In this document: one piece after another, positions 1 to 12,924 of the stretch | Layout of the letters: every line of letters starts with the position of its first letter | How positions within the stretch are numbered: position 1 is the first letter of the stretch | From: Antedon mediterranea | Lineage: Eukaryota; Animalia; Echinodermata | Direction of reading: 5' to 3' | Assembly: GCF_964355755.1 (NCBI RefSeq) | Contig: NC_092670.1 | Location: 2,036,201-2,100,200 of the forward strand | Length of the DNA stretch: 64,000 nt | Made by a program: the position numbers and the translations under genes | The notes under the pieces: model-generated | What the model was told of the DNA's origin: nothing | The model's database searches: none | Seen by the model: the letters and a program-made list of their open reading frames with translations, nothing else

Positions 1-130
1 CGGGCAACAGTAGCCCTTCATAAGTGCAAGTCTATATATAAGTATATAATATAAAAATACAGTCATCTGTTTGAAAGTGTGTGCATGACGTTGTTCCTTC
101 ATGGTGTGTGAGTAGGTAGACCTACCGTAC

Positions 131-3100
131 CTTAGACAAGATGATATCACCTGACTCCTCCATCGCGCTCTCAATTGTGTCGGTGTAAACAATGGCATTT
201 TGCATAAGTTTCGGGTCAAGCTCTTGCCAGGATGGCCTATTTCCACCTACACCTTCAAGTTAAGAATAACAAAAGAAAATCATTATATTGTGAAATTGAA
301 ATAAACATTTTGTTCATAAAAATTATAAGTTCAAGTAGTTTTATAACGGCCTAAAATTTTTTTAATTTAATAACCTTTAACATGTATATACCGTACTCTG
401 AAATTAATTTGTGCTAGTTAAGTGTCTCATAAGCCAGTTTATCTGGCCCTTATGTTGTCTTAAGGTGAGACAATAATAAATAAAAATACTACTACAACTA
501 CTGAAGAACTATGCTCTAGCTTTTTAGATTTTCTCAGTTTTAATTATTTTTTTGTTTAAACAGACGTGCTATTGTATAAGAATACAACGTATTTACAGTT
601 GATGTGAGCACCATTCGTAACCCATTCATACTTCAGAACAGGTGTATTAGATCCAGTGACAGTGGTTATAACATCTGCCCCTCTCACTGCCTCTTCTGCT
701 GACTCACATGCCCTGCATCCAAGCTGCATGGCCAATGTCTCTGCTTTTAGATAATTTCTATTCCATATTCTCACCTAAAGACAGAAACTAATAGTCCTAA
801 GTATGACCTCTGAATAAAAATAATCCACGCAATAAATTTGTGTCCCGTTTCTCAAATGGTATGAGAAGAAGTGTTCATGAGCTGCAGCATGCTGATGTGT
901 TATTTACTTGATGATCTGTAAACGGGACATGGGTCACTGATTGGTCTTAAGTCATTGGAGTCTTTGATGTAGTCTCGAGCTAGTGGTGGAGTGTCTGGAG
1001 TAGGATTTAATTGGACCGACATAATTCAATTGTAACTTACCTCTTCAAATTCCGTTACAGATTGAAGAGCAAAATAATGGCTTTTGGCCTGTACTCCGGC
1101 ACCAAGAATAGCAAGAACTTTGGAGTTTGTTGGAGCAAGATACTAAACATACAAGTAAAGTAGGTAAAAATTATTATCATTTACTATTTATTTATAAACA
1201 TCAATGTTTATATGTCAGTCATTTGAGTATTGCAGTCTCGCTGTTTGGTGGTTGTCAGTAGAAAGAGTTCTGTCATATACAACCAGTTTGTCAGTCAAAA
1301 TCAGATTCAATATTTAATTACAATTACTAAGTAAATTATATACCTTTGTTGCAACAGCCGACATTGCTGCAGTCCTAGCAGCTGTAAGCAAGTTACTTTC
1401 CAAAAGCTAAAACATAAACACATTTTCAAAATTTGACGTTCAAACATAGTGACATTTGTAACAACATAGACAGTTAGTTTACAGTCAGCAATCTGTGTCA
1501 AAATGTTACCAATAGATTTGTTTACAGTTTTCAATAAGCATAATACGTAATAGAAAATGTATGATCTTACTGCTTTCATACTCCCTTCTTTTGCATCATG
1601 GACAGTTAAAACAGATTGAATTCTGGGATTGTTTTGTGGAAACTGAGTGATGAGCTTGGTGACAAGGACTCCATTATATGAACATGGCATTACGTAATAA
1701 TTTCTATAAAAAAATTATGAATGAGGCAATTAAAAATTGTGTCAACTGAACCATAACAATGGAGTTTTCTGTGAAGTTTTGTGGTGAACTTTGATGAAGC
1801 TTTTTTCCCATCCCCAAATCAGATACTACATCCTGCCTTGCATCAACCGGGGAAAATATAAAGTGTCCACAAATATAGTAGGTAATACTGTGCAATCCCA
1901 GTATAATTTCTACATGAACTGGGATGGCTGAACGCGCCAAATGCCTGTCATACAGTAGATTACTAGTTCCAAATTAAAAACAATTTACCCAGAGCTATTC
2001 TTCTCTGCAGGAAATTTAACTCTCACTGGTTGAGTAATTCCTCCATCACATTTTGAAAGTCGCTGAATGCTTTCTCAATTACAGGAACAAGTTTCTTGTA
2101 ACATAATACTTCTTTAACATTTTCTTCTGTTATGGTTACAAAGCTTTGGGTCTGTAAAGAAAATATCAATGCCAAGATTACGGTTTAATGCTTTACGTTG
2201 AGTATTTTTTTGGATGAGATATTTTCAACATGAAATTTGTTTTATATAGGCCTATAGAAGTCTTTGTTTTAAATGTGTATGGCTCGAATTGATGATGTCG
2301 TCGGATTTTCTATTTTATTGTAGTGTCATACACGTGGCCGTCCGCTGTAATTTGGGTTAGACCTACTATATTTTGCTTGTTAAAGTTAAAGGACGTACTT
2401 TGAAGGAAACATGGTAGTTATAATTCATCTGAGGTTTTCTTTTTCATGATATAATGCTCTTTCAAACGAGCCTCTTAGAGAAAAAAAAGGACTAAAGTAA
2501 CTTTCCTTTTATAGCCATTTTAGTAAGAATGATATACACAGATACTATAGTGAGTTTACGAAATACGACTGGGGATGAGGACTGTAGATGCTTGCTTTAC
2601 GCGACCTTCTGTAAATCAATGTATTGCATCGTTCTGTCCTGTTTTCGTAAACTCAATATTGTATTATAGGGAATACAGAAGAAAGATAATTACAACAGAA
2701 CCCCTATTAGAGGACATCTTCTGGGCCCTCTAAAGTGTCTTAATAGTAGTGGCGTTCCCTGAATAAGAGTTGGGCGTAGTGTTAAACATAATATGTCCTA
2801 GTCTTGTTCGTTTTACCAGGAATTGTCCCCTTAAGCTTGGTTATAGAACGTAACGCAAGGACGTAAACGCAACGCAAGCGTTTTAACCAATGACAAGCGA
2901 AGTTATAGACAGTTAGCAATCACAAGCGAATAAGCCATCGCTTGTGATTGGTCAATTCACTTGCGTTGCGTTACGTCCTTGCGTTGCGTCGCTAGTGGGA
3001 ACCACGCTTTACTAGGAGCGTGTCCCCCAATATTGATGTCCCAAGGAGGGGTTCCTTAAAACATTCAATTTAATATGTAATTATGATTGTACTGGTCATA

Positions 3101-3184
3101 TGAAGCGGCTGTTCTGAAATAATGGAAGATAATGAAATGTTCAACTTACGTTAAAAAAATGTCCAAATCGCTTTTTGATGCCAT
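131..3184 (-). CDS. CRYM: Mu-crystallin / ketimine reductase (ornithine cyclodeaminase family), 5' exons; gene continues off the left edge
   Basis: GT-AG exons with compatible phases: ~1989-2151 (ITEENVKEVLCYKKLVPVIEKAFSDFSKCDGGITQPVR), 1571-1703 (YVMPCSYNGVLVTKLITQFP), 1344-1406 (LLESNLLTAARTAAMSAVATK), 1041-1142 (LAILGAGVQAKSH, Rossmann GxGxxA), 597-774 (VRIWNR..AVRGADVITTVT..GAHIN), 131-252 (VGGNRPSWQELD..ESGDIILSK). These match recalled CRYM motifs in the expected order. The first coding exon (candidate ATG at 3184, exon 3150-3184) is uncertain because it needs the alternative acceptor at 2143. Confidence 0.88.
2834..3009. mobile_element. Palindromic MITE (AGC(T/G)TGGTT...AACCA(C/A)GCT), TTA-flanked, nested in an older repeat
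   Basis: Fold-back arms acgcaaggacgtaaacgcaacgcaag / cttgcgttgcgttacgtccttgcgt. A second copy lies at ~34169-34331 and a fragment at ~44035-44065. TTA flanks are consistent with PIF/Harbinger-type MITEs. Confidence 0.7.
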
Positions 3185-3414
3185 GGATCACGTTTCGTGG
3201 AATATGAAACTGCATTCTATAATGTTATGTAATTTTGGGTGAAAAATGAACAAATACAAATTTACCTTTGTTTTCTATCACAGGACTCATTTAATATAGT
3301 TAATTTATAGAAGTTTTAAATCGTTGCTGTTTTAGATTGTCTGATACCGTTTGGGCTAAACGTTATAAATATGGTGCACTGCAATTTGTCATACATGGGT
3401 AGTGTCCAGGCAAA

Positions 3415-3840
3415 TACAGCTTTATAAAAGAAGCTATAGCAAAGAAATAAAGCACATATAAACCTAAAAAAAAATTAAAAAGTAGAATCAATGATTTATA
3501 TACAGTTAACCTCCGTGAGCGACCACCTCCGGATTCCGGCCGCTTACGGGAGGTGGCCGCTTACGGGAGGGGCCGCTTACGGGAGGGGCCGCTTACGGGA
3601 GGTGGTCGCTCGTCGGGAGGTGGCCGCTTACGGGAGGTGGTTGCTTACGGGAGGTGGCCGCTTACGGGAGGTGGCCGCTTACGGGAGGTGGCCGCTTACG
3701 GGAGGTGGTCGCTTACGGGAGGTGGTCCCTTACGGGAGGTGGTCGCTTACGGGGGTTAACTGTATATGAATCATTGATTCTACTTTTTAATTTTTGTTTT
3801 TAGGTTTATATCTGCTATAGCTTCTTTTTATAAAGCTGTA
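3415..3840. mobile_element. Composite Tc1/mariner-like MITE with an internal 17-bp minisatellite
   Basis: Outer ~85 bp inverted arms (tacagctttataaaaagaagctatagca.. / ..tgctatagcttctttttataaagctgta). The inner element 3503-3762 (TA-CAGTTAAC..GTTAACTG-TA) is filled with ~13 copies of ggccgcttacgggaggt. Degenerate copies of the unit occur at ~4575-4675. Confidence 0.75.
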
Positions 3841-6800
3841 TGAATCCGGAACGATTCGGCCCTAAGACGATTCGGCCCGGGATGTTTCTTCGGACGCGCC
3901 TTAACGGCTGCACTTTCAAAAGCCCGTTTGTTCTTCCTATCTAATTAGTGCGGCCACATTTTGTAGGCCTACTAACAATTATAATTGTTATGGTATTACG
4001 TATTCGTATTGACGTTTGACTACTATACTACAAAAATACAATTTTGATAATTAATGTGCTTTAGTATTAGATTTGATTGAATCATTTAATTATATTTAAT
4101 CATTCTTGCATATCTATTACTTAAATGTCAATACAGTACAAAATACTAATAGGCCTAGGCACCAACTTACAATCAGAACAAAAACAAAACAAAAAACAAA
4201 ATCAATACATGCAAACCACCATGCCCGAACAAATCATGTCGATTATGTGTGGAAAAAGAAATATAGGCCTACTAGCTAGTCACTTGTTATATTTTAATAT
4301 ACACATACGTATACTTACATTACTAGTGTCGCCATCAAAAGAAAAAATAAAGAGATGAACAATTGGATATACATAACATCCAACACGGGAAAAACTATGG
4401 AGTGGAAAATAAAAAACGGAGGCCTATATTGATTCACTGAATTGTCTGATATTCATTCACTAAATGAATGGATTAAAATGAATAGGAAACCAGACCATCT
4501 GGACCGTAACCATCAATTATTGACTATTAATAATAATAATTTATTGGCACTACACTTTGTTATCAGTGGCACTCTGTTACGAGAGGTGGTCGATTATGAG
4601 AAGCGGTCTCTAACAGAGATGGTTGCTTACGATGTGTGGTCGTTTTAGAAAGTTGGTTGCTTACGAGAGGTGGAAAGACTGATAGCTAAGTAAAGATCGA
4701 TGCATTTATTTGCACATGATTTAGACATTTTTGTAAAATATATAACATTTTCTACATTAGCTGGCGATAGTAACTACATAAGCTGGCAATTTTCGTTACT
4801 ACATAAGCTGTTGACCGTTTCTACATTCTGAGCTGGTGTTGATTTTGATTTCCTACATAATCTGTTGGTGTTTCTATATTAGCTGGAGGTTTTACTACAT
4901 TAGCGGTGGATTGACATTAACGGTTGTTTCGACATGAGCTGGCGTTTTCTACATTTCGGTTGTAACAGGGCTTCTAACCAAATGTCATGGATTCTAATAC
5001 CAACGTGTGTGCCAATTTCAGAGTGAGATATGATGTTTGACTTTATTCCCATTTTTTATTTAATTATTTAAACCAGTCTATATTTTTCTACTGTTTTGTA
5101 AGTTAAAATGTCAATACAGTACAAAATAGTAATAGGCCTGGAGTGTTTTGTTCTCGGGGTTATTTTTAACAATAAGCGACAAGAAGGCACCCCGCTGTGA
5201 AAATACAAAAGAAAATGGTTGTGACTTTTGTAATGATTTGTTATTTGTATTGATAGGCCGCGGTTTTAAAGGCATTTCCGTGAAAATTATTTTTAGAAGA
5301 TGAGAAAACTACACAGATTTTGACTGACCATTTTCATGCATAAAATCTGTTTGTTTGAAAATCATAAATAATACTATACCACCTGATCATAAACAATAAA
5401 ATACAATTAGTTGGAGAATTTAGAGGTCCACTGCGTTCAAGAACGCCGACAAATATCGTGCATAGCCATAATACGTAATTTTGGATCTCTATCCCGGTGA
5501 AAAGCGCCCACTTTTCGCTCCCAGTCCCGAGTGAACTGTAGTTTAATCTACAGAAACGTACGTAGTATGATGTGTATGTTTATTGAAAAATTGTTATAGT
5601 TTTCTAAATTACTTTTACAAGTTGCGATGAGAAAAATTGTTATTTGATCGTTAGTTGACGTGTACATAAAGTAAAGCATAAATAAAATAATAAAAATCGT
5701 TAGTAAAATTTTTTAAAGAGTAAATATAGGCCTAATAAGGAAGCATTACAATTTGTTTTGTTTTTTTGGCCAATTTAATTTTAGTGCGTCGGGCTCTTAT
5801 CTGCTCCCTAACACAGTGGTGTTTAATGAACCATGTTGGGTCGTTCCACTTTACTAGGAGGTAACTTTCAGACAGTTAACAAAAGCTTTTAATAAAAGAA
5901 AACAAAACAATACAATAGGTACAAAAGAACAATGTTAGAGTGCTAAGAACTATTTATTAGGAGACTACTCCCATTAAAATAACTATGGTACATTAACAAT
6001 AAGTATTGTGTAGGAAAAAAAAGCCCAAAAGAGCGGAGGCTGATACAGAAGGTAATAATAGAATATCATACTGAACTACGCCCGATAGGTAATCTGTTCC
6101 ATAGGCATAGTGCGTACACTTAATCTGTTAAATATATTATATTTAAATTATTTCTATTTTTGTAGCAATCTTCAAATATTGCACAAACAAATAAAAGTAA
6201 TAATAATTTTAGTAGAACCAATGTTATACCAACTCCCTGTGTATACAATTCATTGAAAAATCACCAAAACAAATTTAAAGTGCAGTATAACGGTATGTAA
6301 ATGCTAACTAGTACAATATGAATATATTATATATTACATAGAGATACTAATAATATAATATTAATTTGACATTAGAAAACATAAATGGAAACCATATAGG
6401 TCAAATTCAACGTTTTGTGCTACAATCCTTTTCCTATTAGTAAAATGGACGAGTCCGCCAATACGGCAAAAGCACGCTGGTGGTTTTCAAATAAACCATG
6501 GAGTAAAGAATAAGTGTTTTAAAACTACTTATATAAAAAATTCTGTTGCCTTATCTTTTTACATATTACAAATAAGGGATAATAACTCTTAACTTTCGTG
6601 AAAAAATAAAGCGTTTTGGATAAGTAGTTTTTCAGCAACTGTAATTTTAGTTGTAACGTTAAGTTCTGACTGCTCAGGAAAGGTTGGACGACTTCGAACA
6701 TTTTCGCCTATCCTTTAACACTAGCCGGTCACTGACAAACCAAAACACTGCTTCAAAAAAGGGGCTGTGCCGACGAAGTATCTGAACCAATCACATTTTA

Positions 6801-6894
6801 CTTTAGGTCATTAGAAAGCTTGATTGATTAGCTTTTGCATGGTGGAACAGCCAATATCATTGGATAACTAGGTCAAACGTTGAATTGAAATTTA

Positions 6895-7200
6895 TATTTA
6901 TATTTATACTGGGTAACCTCTTCAGTCAAAGACTGGTCTCCCAGAGGGCCCAGTTGGTGATCAGTGGCTGTGATGTACTAATACACCGGGGTAACCCCCT
7001 ACTCGTCTCGAAAGATGTACTAGGTTCTTTAAAGTGCACACGTGCTAGATGTGTACACTGGACCTACGGTTTATAGTCCTTATCCGAGAAGACTCGTTCT
7101 ACCACCAGAACCATGGAGCGAGTGAGCCTCGAACCCTTGCCGATGTTATGGCTACGTAATTACGGTTCCACTGTCTTAACCGCTCGGCCACTCACTCACT
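6895..7200 (-). mobile_element. tRNA-derived SINE with Deu/Nin-type core and LINE-like tail
   Basis: Minus strand: A box TGGCCGAGCGG, B box GGTTCGAGGC, then cttctcggataaggactataaaccgtaggtcc..gcactttaaagaacc..gagtagggggttaccccggtgt (resembles the Deu domain as I recall it), then tail ..gactgaagaggttacccagtataaatata. A tail fragment also lies at ~16808-16860 (+). Confidence 0.75.
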
Positions 7201-8024
7201 CGTTATGAACGTTTTTGTAAAGATCTCAACAAATTGGCAAAACAAGCCTATTCTTTAACACAGGGCAATTTTCAAATCGTCTAACTTTAAAAATCAATAC
7301 CGACGACGTTTTAAGTTTTTTTAAATTAAAAATAACATGACATCGTAGGTACTTAATTAGGCATTACAATGTCGAAACAGCCATAAAAATCGGTCAATTA
7401 ATAACAAAGTTACATTGAAAAAACCTAAAAAAAAATAGCTGTTTTTCGGTGGTTTCGTGCCGTTTAGCGGAAATCGCCCGGATTTTTGGGTACATAAAAC
7501 AAATTGTAATGAGAAGCAAAGAGATTATGGAGCTGCTGTACCTGAATATACAACACAAGGTTAGAAGACTAAAATATGTAGGCGACCTTGTCAAATTTCA
7601 AGCGCCTTCAGCCTGCCACGTTTCGATATTCAATATTGACCTTGACCTACACATACATACGTATACTTACATTACTAGTGTAATAACAGTGTCGCCAACA
7701 AAAGAAAAAAATAATTAAAAGGACAATTGGATATACATAACATCCAATAACCGTGAAAACGGAGGCCTATATTGAATCACTGAATGGTCTAATCAACAAC
7801 TCCCTGGTCTGATATTCATTAACAAAATGAATGGACTAAAATAAACAGGAAATCGAATCCAGACCAGCTGGACCGTAACCATCGATTGTTGTATGGCAAG
7901 GCTAATCCACCAAAATTCCTCAATCCATATACTGTACCATTCAACAACAATGCATTCATATAAAAAATCAACGTAAACCTACACCATTTACCGTCTAGTC
8001 ACACCATTTGTTATCATTTCATTC

Positions 8025-11000
8025 AATTCATTTATTTATTTGAACTTACACCTTTAAATCGGTGGCACTCAATCAATAACAATTGGTGCGTTCTTAAGTA
8101 AAAGTTACAAATTCACAAACTTAACTAAACAAATATGTAAAAAAAAATAAAAATTCATAACACTAACTAAAGTCTCCACCAAAATAACAATTTAAAACTT
8201 AAATAAACTGGTAATATTCAGTAATACAGGTCTTAATCTACTATAAAGATTGAACATGCTTAATTTCTGATCTTTTCTTCCAAGCTCTCTTGACATAAAG
8301 TTTACAAAATCTATCAAAAATCTGCTCTACTTCATTAGGTAGAGGAATAGCTGTTGATCCTAAAACATAATACAGTTTATTATTGATAGTTGAGTTTGAA
8401 AATTCATTCCAGATATTATTATAATTAATTAATGCATGTTCAAGCTTATCCAACTCTTCCAATCTTATGTTTGTAAGAGCAGGACAGATAAACAGGAAGT
8501 GTCTTATAGTTTCCTCTTGATTAATGTTACAAAGTGTACAAAAACCATTATTTTCTTCAGACCATCTAGAAACTCTGCTATCCAATGCTAATGTGTTCGA
8601 GCGAAGTTTAAATTTTAGGGATACTCCTTCAAAATCTACTTTATCTAATAAATATTCTTCTATTTTTATTGTGTCCTTAAATAGGACAAAATCTGTGAGA
8701 GATGTCTTACTAGCAACATTCTCTTTCCATTCATTATGAAATATTACTTTTATTTTATCAATTAGAGGATTAACCCAATATGCATTGTCACGATTTTTAA
8801 GCAAGTATTCTAGAAGGTCTTCAGATTCACATTTTGTAAAAACATCATATATACACTTAATAAATTTGAAGCGAAAATCATTAGGATCACCATCAAGAAG
8901 TTTAGTGTCATTGAAAAGTATATTTGGCCATCGATATGATTCCATTTTAATTAAACGACTAAAGTATTTAACTCGAGAAATGTCATGCATGATATGTATT
9001 GGTATCCAGCCAAGTTACCCATAAAATACAGATCGTGGTGTCCTTTAAAATATATCTAGCCATCTGTAATTGAAGTTTTTTCTATTTTATCTATATCTGA
9101 TTTATTTATGGTACATCATACATCTGAACCATAATTAATTGAAGGGAGGGCAATTGTCCTCCAAAGGATATCGCCAAAATATACCCTATTGAAATTATCA
9201 AAATTGTCAACAACAGACTTGATATAAGCAATCAATCTACTACCTTTCTTTACAACACTTTCAAATTGTTTGTGATCATTTAAATTTCTTGAAATAAGGA
9301 CACCTAGGTATTTATATGATTCGGCTTCACTAATATAGCCATCTCCTAATTTCCATTTTTCTCCTTATTTATACGTTTTCCAATAACTAATATATTCGAT
9401 TTCTCAAAATTAAAATTAAGCTTCCATTCTTTTGAAAATTTAGAGGCTAAATCCAGCATTTTGTTCATTTCAAATTCATTGTTTGCAAGCAGTGCGATAT
9501 CGTCTGCCCAGAATAAACCACCTAGCCAATTTCCATCAATCCTTACACTCAAATCATGTGAAACAAGTAATTTTTTAAATTCATTGATAAAAATACTAAA
9601 TAGAACTGGTGATAACACACAGCCTTGCTTAACCCCCTGATAGATTTCAAATGAATCTGTGTCAATTCTACCCATCTTTACACTACCTGTTACTTTTTCA
9701 TATAGTGTGTCTATCAACCTCCAAACTTTACCTCTAATGCCTGATTGCCAAACAGATTTCAATAGTCCATCTCTCCAAACACTATCGAATGCTTTACGGA
9801 AATCCAGGAAGGCAATATATGTTTGCTTTTTTTCTTTTAAGCGACAGGCTGCTACACCTTTTAAAGTAAATATGTGATCTTCACATCTGCGAAAAGCACG
9901 AAAACCTCCATGAGTTTCCGATAAAACATCCATACCTTCTATTTGATATGTGCTTAGTTAGTTGAAAATGTTGGACACGCAAGACGTTAAAGTAATACCT
10001 CTATAATTGTTTAAATCATTAGCATCCCCCTTTTTAAATATTTGTATAATTATACCATTGTTCCATTCTTGGGGTATTTGTTCTAGTTGGATGCATTTTT
10101 CAAATAAAGTAAGTAGCGATAATGTAATGGATTGCCCTCCATTTTTTAATAATTCGTTTGTTATTCCATCCAGGCCAGGGGCTTTATTGTTTTTAGCAAA
10201 ATTAACTGCTTTTTCAACAGTTTCAAAATTAAGCACAATATCGTATAGATAGTTTTGCTCTACATCATCAGGACAAGGCTGTTCTTTAGAGAGTTTATTT
10301 CTGATTTCTTCAACATAGTTATTTGTGAGATAGCTATTACAATCATTTAAAACCATATTATTTGTACCTAGGTTCTCCCAATACTCTTTAACTGTTAAAT
10401 TAATTTTATCTTTATCTGTAATAAATTAATCTGAACCTGGTATTTTAATGCATTCCATTTCTTTACCCTTTATATTTCCTCTTAATAATTCCCAAAAATC
10501 TTTACAAGATGTACCCCCTTTGTTTGCAATATCAACAGATTTTTGTACACGCTGCTGTTATATTCTTTCCTTAATCATTCTCTTAACATGATTACGTTTT
10601 TCCTGGTACGACCGCCAAAGGTCTTCACCGATATTATTGTTAGTGTCATTATTATTGGTATTAGTATTGTAATCATTAACATTATTCACTGTATCACTAT
10701 TATTATTATAATAATTAGTATTATTGTTAGCTTGTCCTACGCGTACATCATTATTCCTAGTTTTAACCCATTGTCGGTGAAGGCGCGAAGCCTTTTTTCT
10801 CTCTTTAATAGCAATATCAATATCTTTATTAAACCATGGTCTTTGTTTTTGCTTTATGGTTCTAACCCCAATTTCATCAGTAGGCCTAGCTGCATTAATC
10901 ACAATAGTTTCCATGAGTCTCACATTAAATCAACATCATTTAAATCATTTATATTCCAGTTTATAAATTGTTCTTGTAGATTTTCTTGATAAGCAGTATA

Positions 11001-11455
11001 ATCTTGACTATGTTTAATGTCCCATATGGGGGTTTGATTTACCCTTATTTACACATTGTTTATTTAAGTTTACATTAAGAGTCAACAATAAGAGGTTATG
11101 ATCACTTCCTAATCCAAATTTGTTTGTTAAGAGCAGAGAAAATAATCTATTGTACTCTGTTGATTTCCTCTACACCAAGTTATTTTTCCGTCACAAAAAA
11201 TTGTACAATTTATAATAGTTAGGTTTGCATTATTTTGAAACTCTAAAAGTCTTTCCCCATTAGAATTAATAGTGGAGTCACCATTAGGTATTATGTTGCC
11301 AATTCTTGCATTAAAATCACCCATAAGTAGTATACATGGGTCATTCTCATTATTCTCTATTCTGATTACTTCTGATAATAACTGATTATACAATTCATTG
11401 GTTAAATCCGGATTAACACCTTCTACTGGGTAAAACAATTCATTGTCAAGTAAAA
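8025..11455 (-). mobile_element. Decayed non-LTR retrotransposon (LINE) ORF2: APE endonuclease, RT, C-terminal CCHC zinc finger; frameshifted
   Basis: ORF pieces in order: 11127-11438 (LMGDFNARIG..STIDY, APE), 9958-10356 (KAPGLDGI..KKGD..NYRGITL), 9346-9933 (FLDFRKAFDSV..GVKQGCVLSP..FWADD), YKYLGV at ~9300, 8241-8990 (CTLC..ETIRHFLFIC). The 3' end finishes in (aaat)n at ~8030. Clade unresolved. Confidence 0.92.
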
Positions 11456-11689
11456 CAATTCATTGTCAAGCCATGCATTGTCACGTGAAATCATTCATTG
11501 CCAAACCAAACCATTAATCGGAAAGTCACATCGGTCGCCGTCAAGTCAAACGATTCATCGAAAAATCATTTATCGTGAAACCAGATGGGAACCAGATCGT
11601 TCATCGCGAAACCAAACCCTCACTATGAAGTCAAAGTGTTCATCGCCAGATAAATCACCGTAAAGCCAAACCAATCATCATGAAGCTAT

Positions 11690-11990
11690 TTGTTTCATGA
11701 CCAAGCCAAACCGTTCGTCTTCAAGTCATTCATCGTTAAGTCGTTTGTCTTCAAGTCATTCATCGTTAAGTCGTTTGTGCTCAAGTCGTTCGTCCTAAAG
11801 TCTTTCGTCTCTAAGTTGTTCGTCTTCAAGTCGTTCATCATAAAGTCGTTCGTCTCTAAGTCGTTCTTCTTCCAAGTCATTTGTCTCTAAGTTATTCGTC
11901 CTCAAGTCATTCGTCTTCAAGTCGTTCATCTTTAAGTTGTTCATCATTAAGTCATTCATCATTAATTTGTTCGTCTTCAAGTTGTTCGGA
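11690..11990. repeat. Degenerate 15-bp tandem repeat (aagtcgttcgtcttc-like), decaying toward 11470
   Basis: Clear 15-nt periodicity that produces the spurious NDLKT/SFIVK ORFs in the track. Confidence 0.8.
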
Positions 11991-12924
11991 GTGGCTTTCT
12001 AGTTTTCTACTGTGTTGCAAGTAAAAGCAGTTTCTATCTCCCAAAAAAACCTTGATGATTGGGCAACTTTTATGATTCTTGCCGATTTGTTCGGATAATA
12101 AAAATATGATACTATATTTGAACAAAATAAGAAGGTTTTAATTCAAAGAAACACATTTTATTAGTCTTCAAATCAATAATAAGAAAGGCATATGCCTAAC
12201 AGTGGTTGACGCACACGAATTGTCTTCAAGTATCAATAGGCCTACCAATTATGAAATAATAATCAACATTTAGTAAAAGCGTTGTGACACAGTGATAACA
12301 TCATAAACAACATAACAGATTTATTGAAACTGGTGTGTGTGGGCAAAACAATTCTTTTCTTTGATTTCAATCATTTTTTTTTTTTTTGCAGATTGAAATT
12401 TTAACAATTATTTTATTTCCCAACACCTACGTTTATTGTTGTTCGTAAGTCTTGTTTATATATCTTGTGCATGTTTGTAAGTTGAATGGTCTATTAGTTC
12501 CTCCTACACTGTCTTGCTTATTGTTCTTTCCCTTTCCAGCCAAGCCAAGTCCATATCCAATGTTCTAAAAAGCAGAAAATAGGACAAATTAACCGCTTTG
12601 CCATGGTTATTGTATCGTCTTGTTAATAATTATGTAGACCTAATTTCTTAGGGCATATCATATGTATGAGCTCTGTTTAACTATTAAGATACAAGCTCTC
12701 AATGTTGCTTGTTCTTGTTTCTTCTCAAAGTAAGTGAAACACTTGAATCCGGACTGAAACAATATTTATGTAGCATATGTGGTTTACGCTTACACTAATT
12801 GACAACATCAAAGCCAGTAGAGATAGAATTCGTATATGCATACACCTAACAGCTTACACTAATTGACAACATCAAAACCAGTAGAGATAGAATCCAAATT
12901 GGATTTGGAAAAAAAACAACCTAC

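Noticed and set aside
1-31. Next CRYM exon at the window edge (TCTYEGLLLP)
   Set aside because: Does not resemble the expected continuation (AEIxxELGEV-like).
3491-3769. ORFs with GGRLREVAAYGRW repeats
   Set aside because: Translation of a 17-bp minisatellite inside a MITE.
4290-7890. ~230-bp diverged direct repeat (4290-4515 vs 7650-7885) as LTRs
   Set aside because: No TG..CA ends, PBS, PPT or internal gag/pol; likely old dispersed repeats or a local duplication.
11690-11980. NDLKT pentapeptide ORFs as LINE ORF1 or a repeat protein
   Set aside because: Short frames arising from a 15-bp repeat, with no splice or start context and no continuity with ORF2.
12420-12841. Possible separate small secreted gene (MHIRILSLLALMLSIS, then SGFKCFTY..)
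   Set aside because: Candidate intron is very short, downstream frames contain stops and there is no recognisable domain; support is insufficient.
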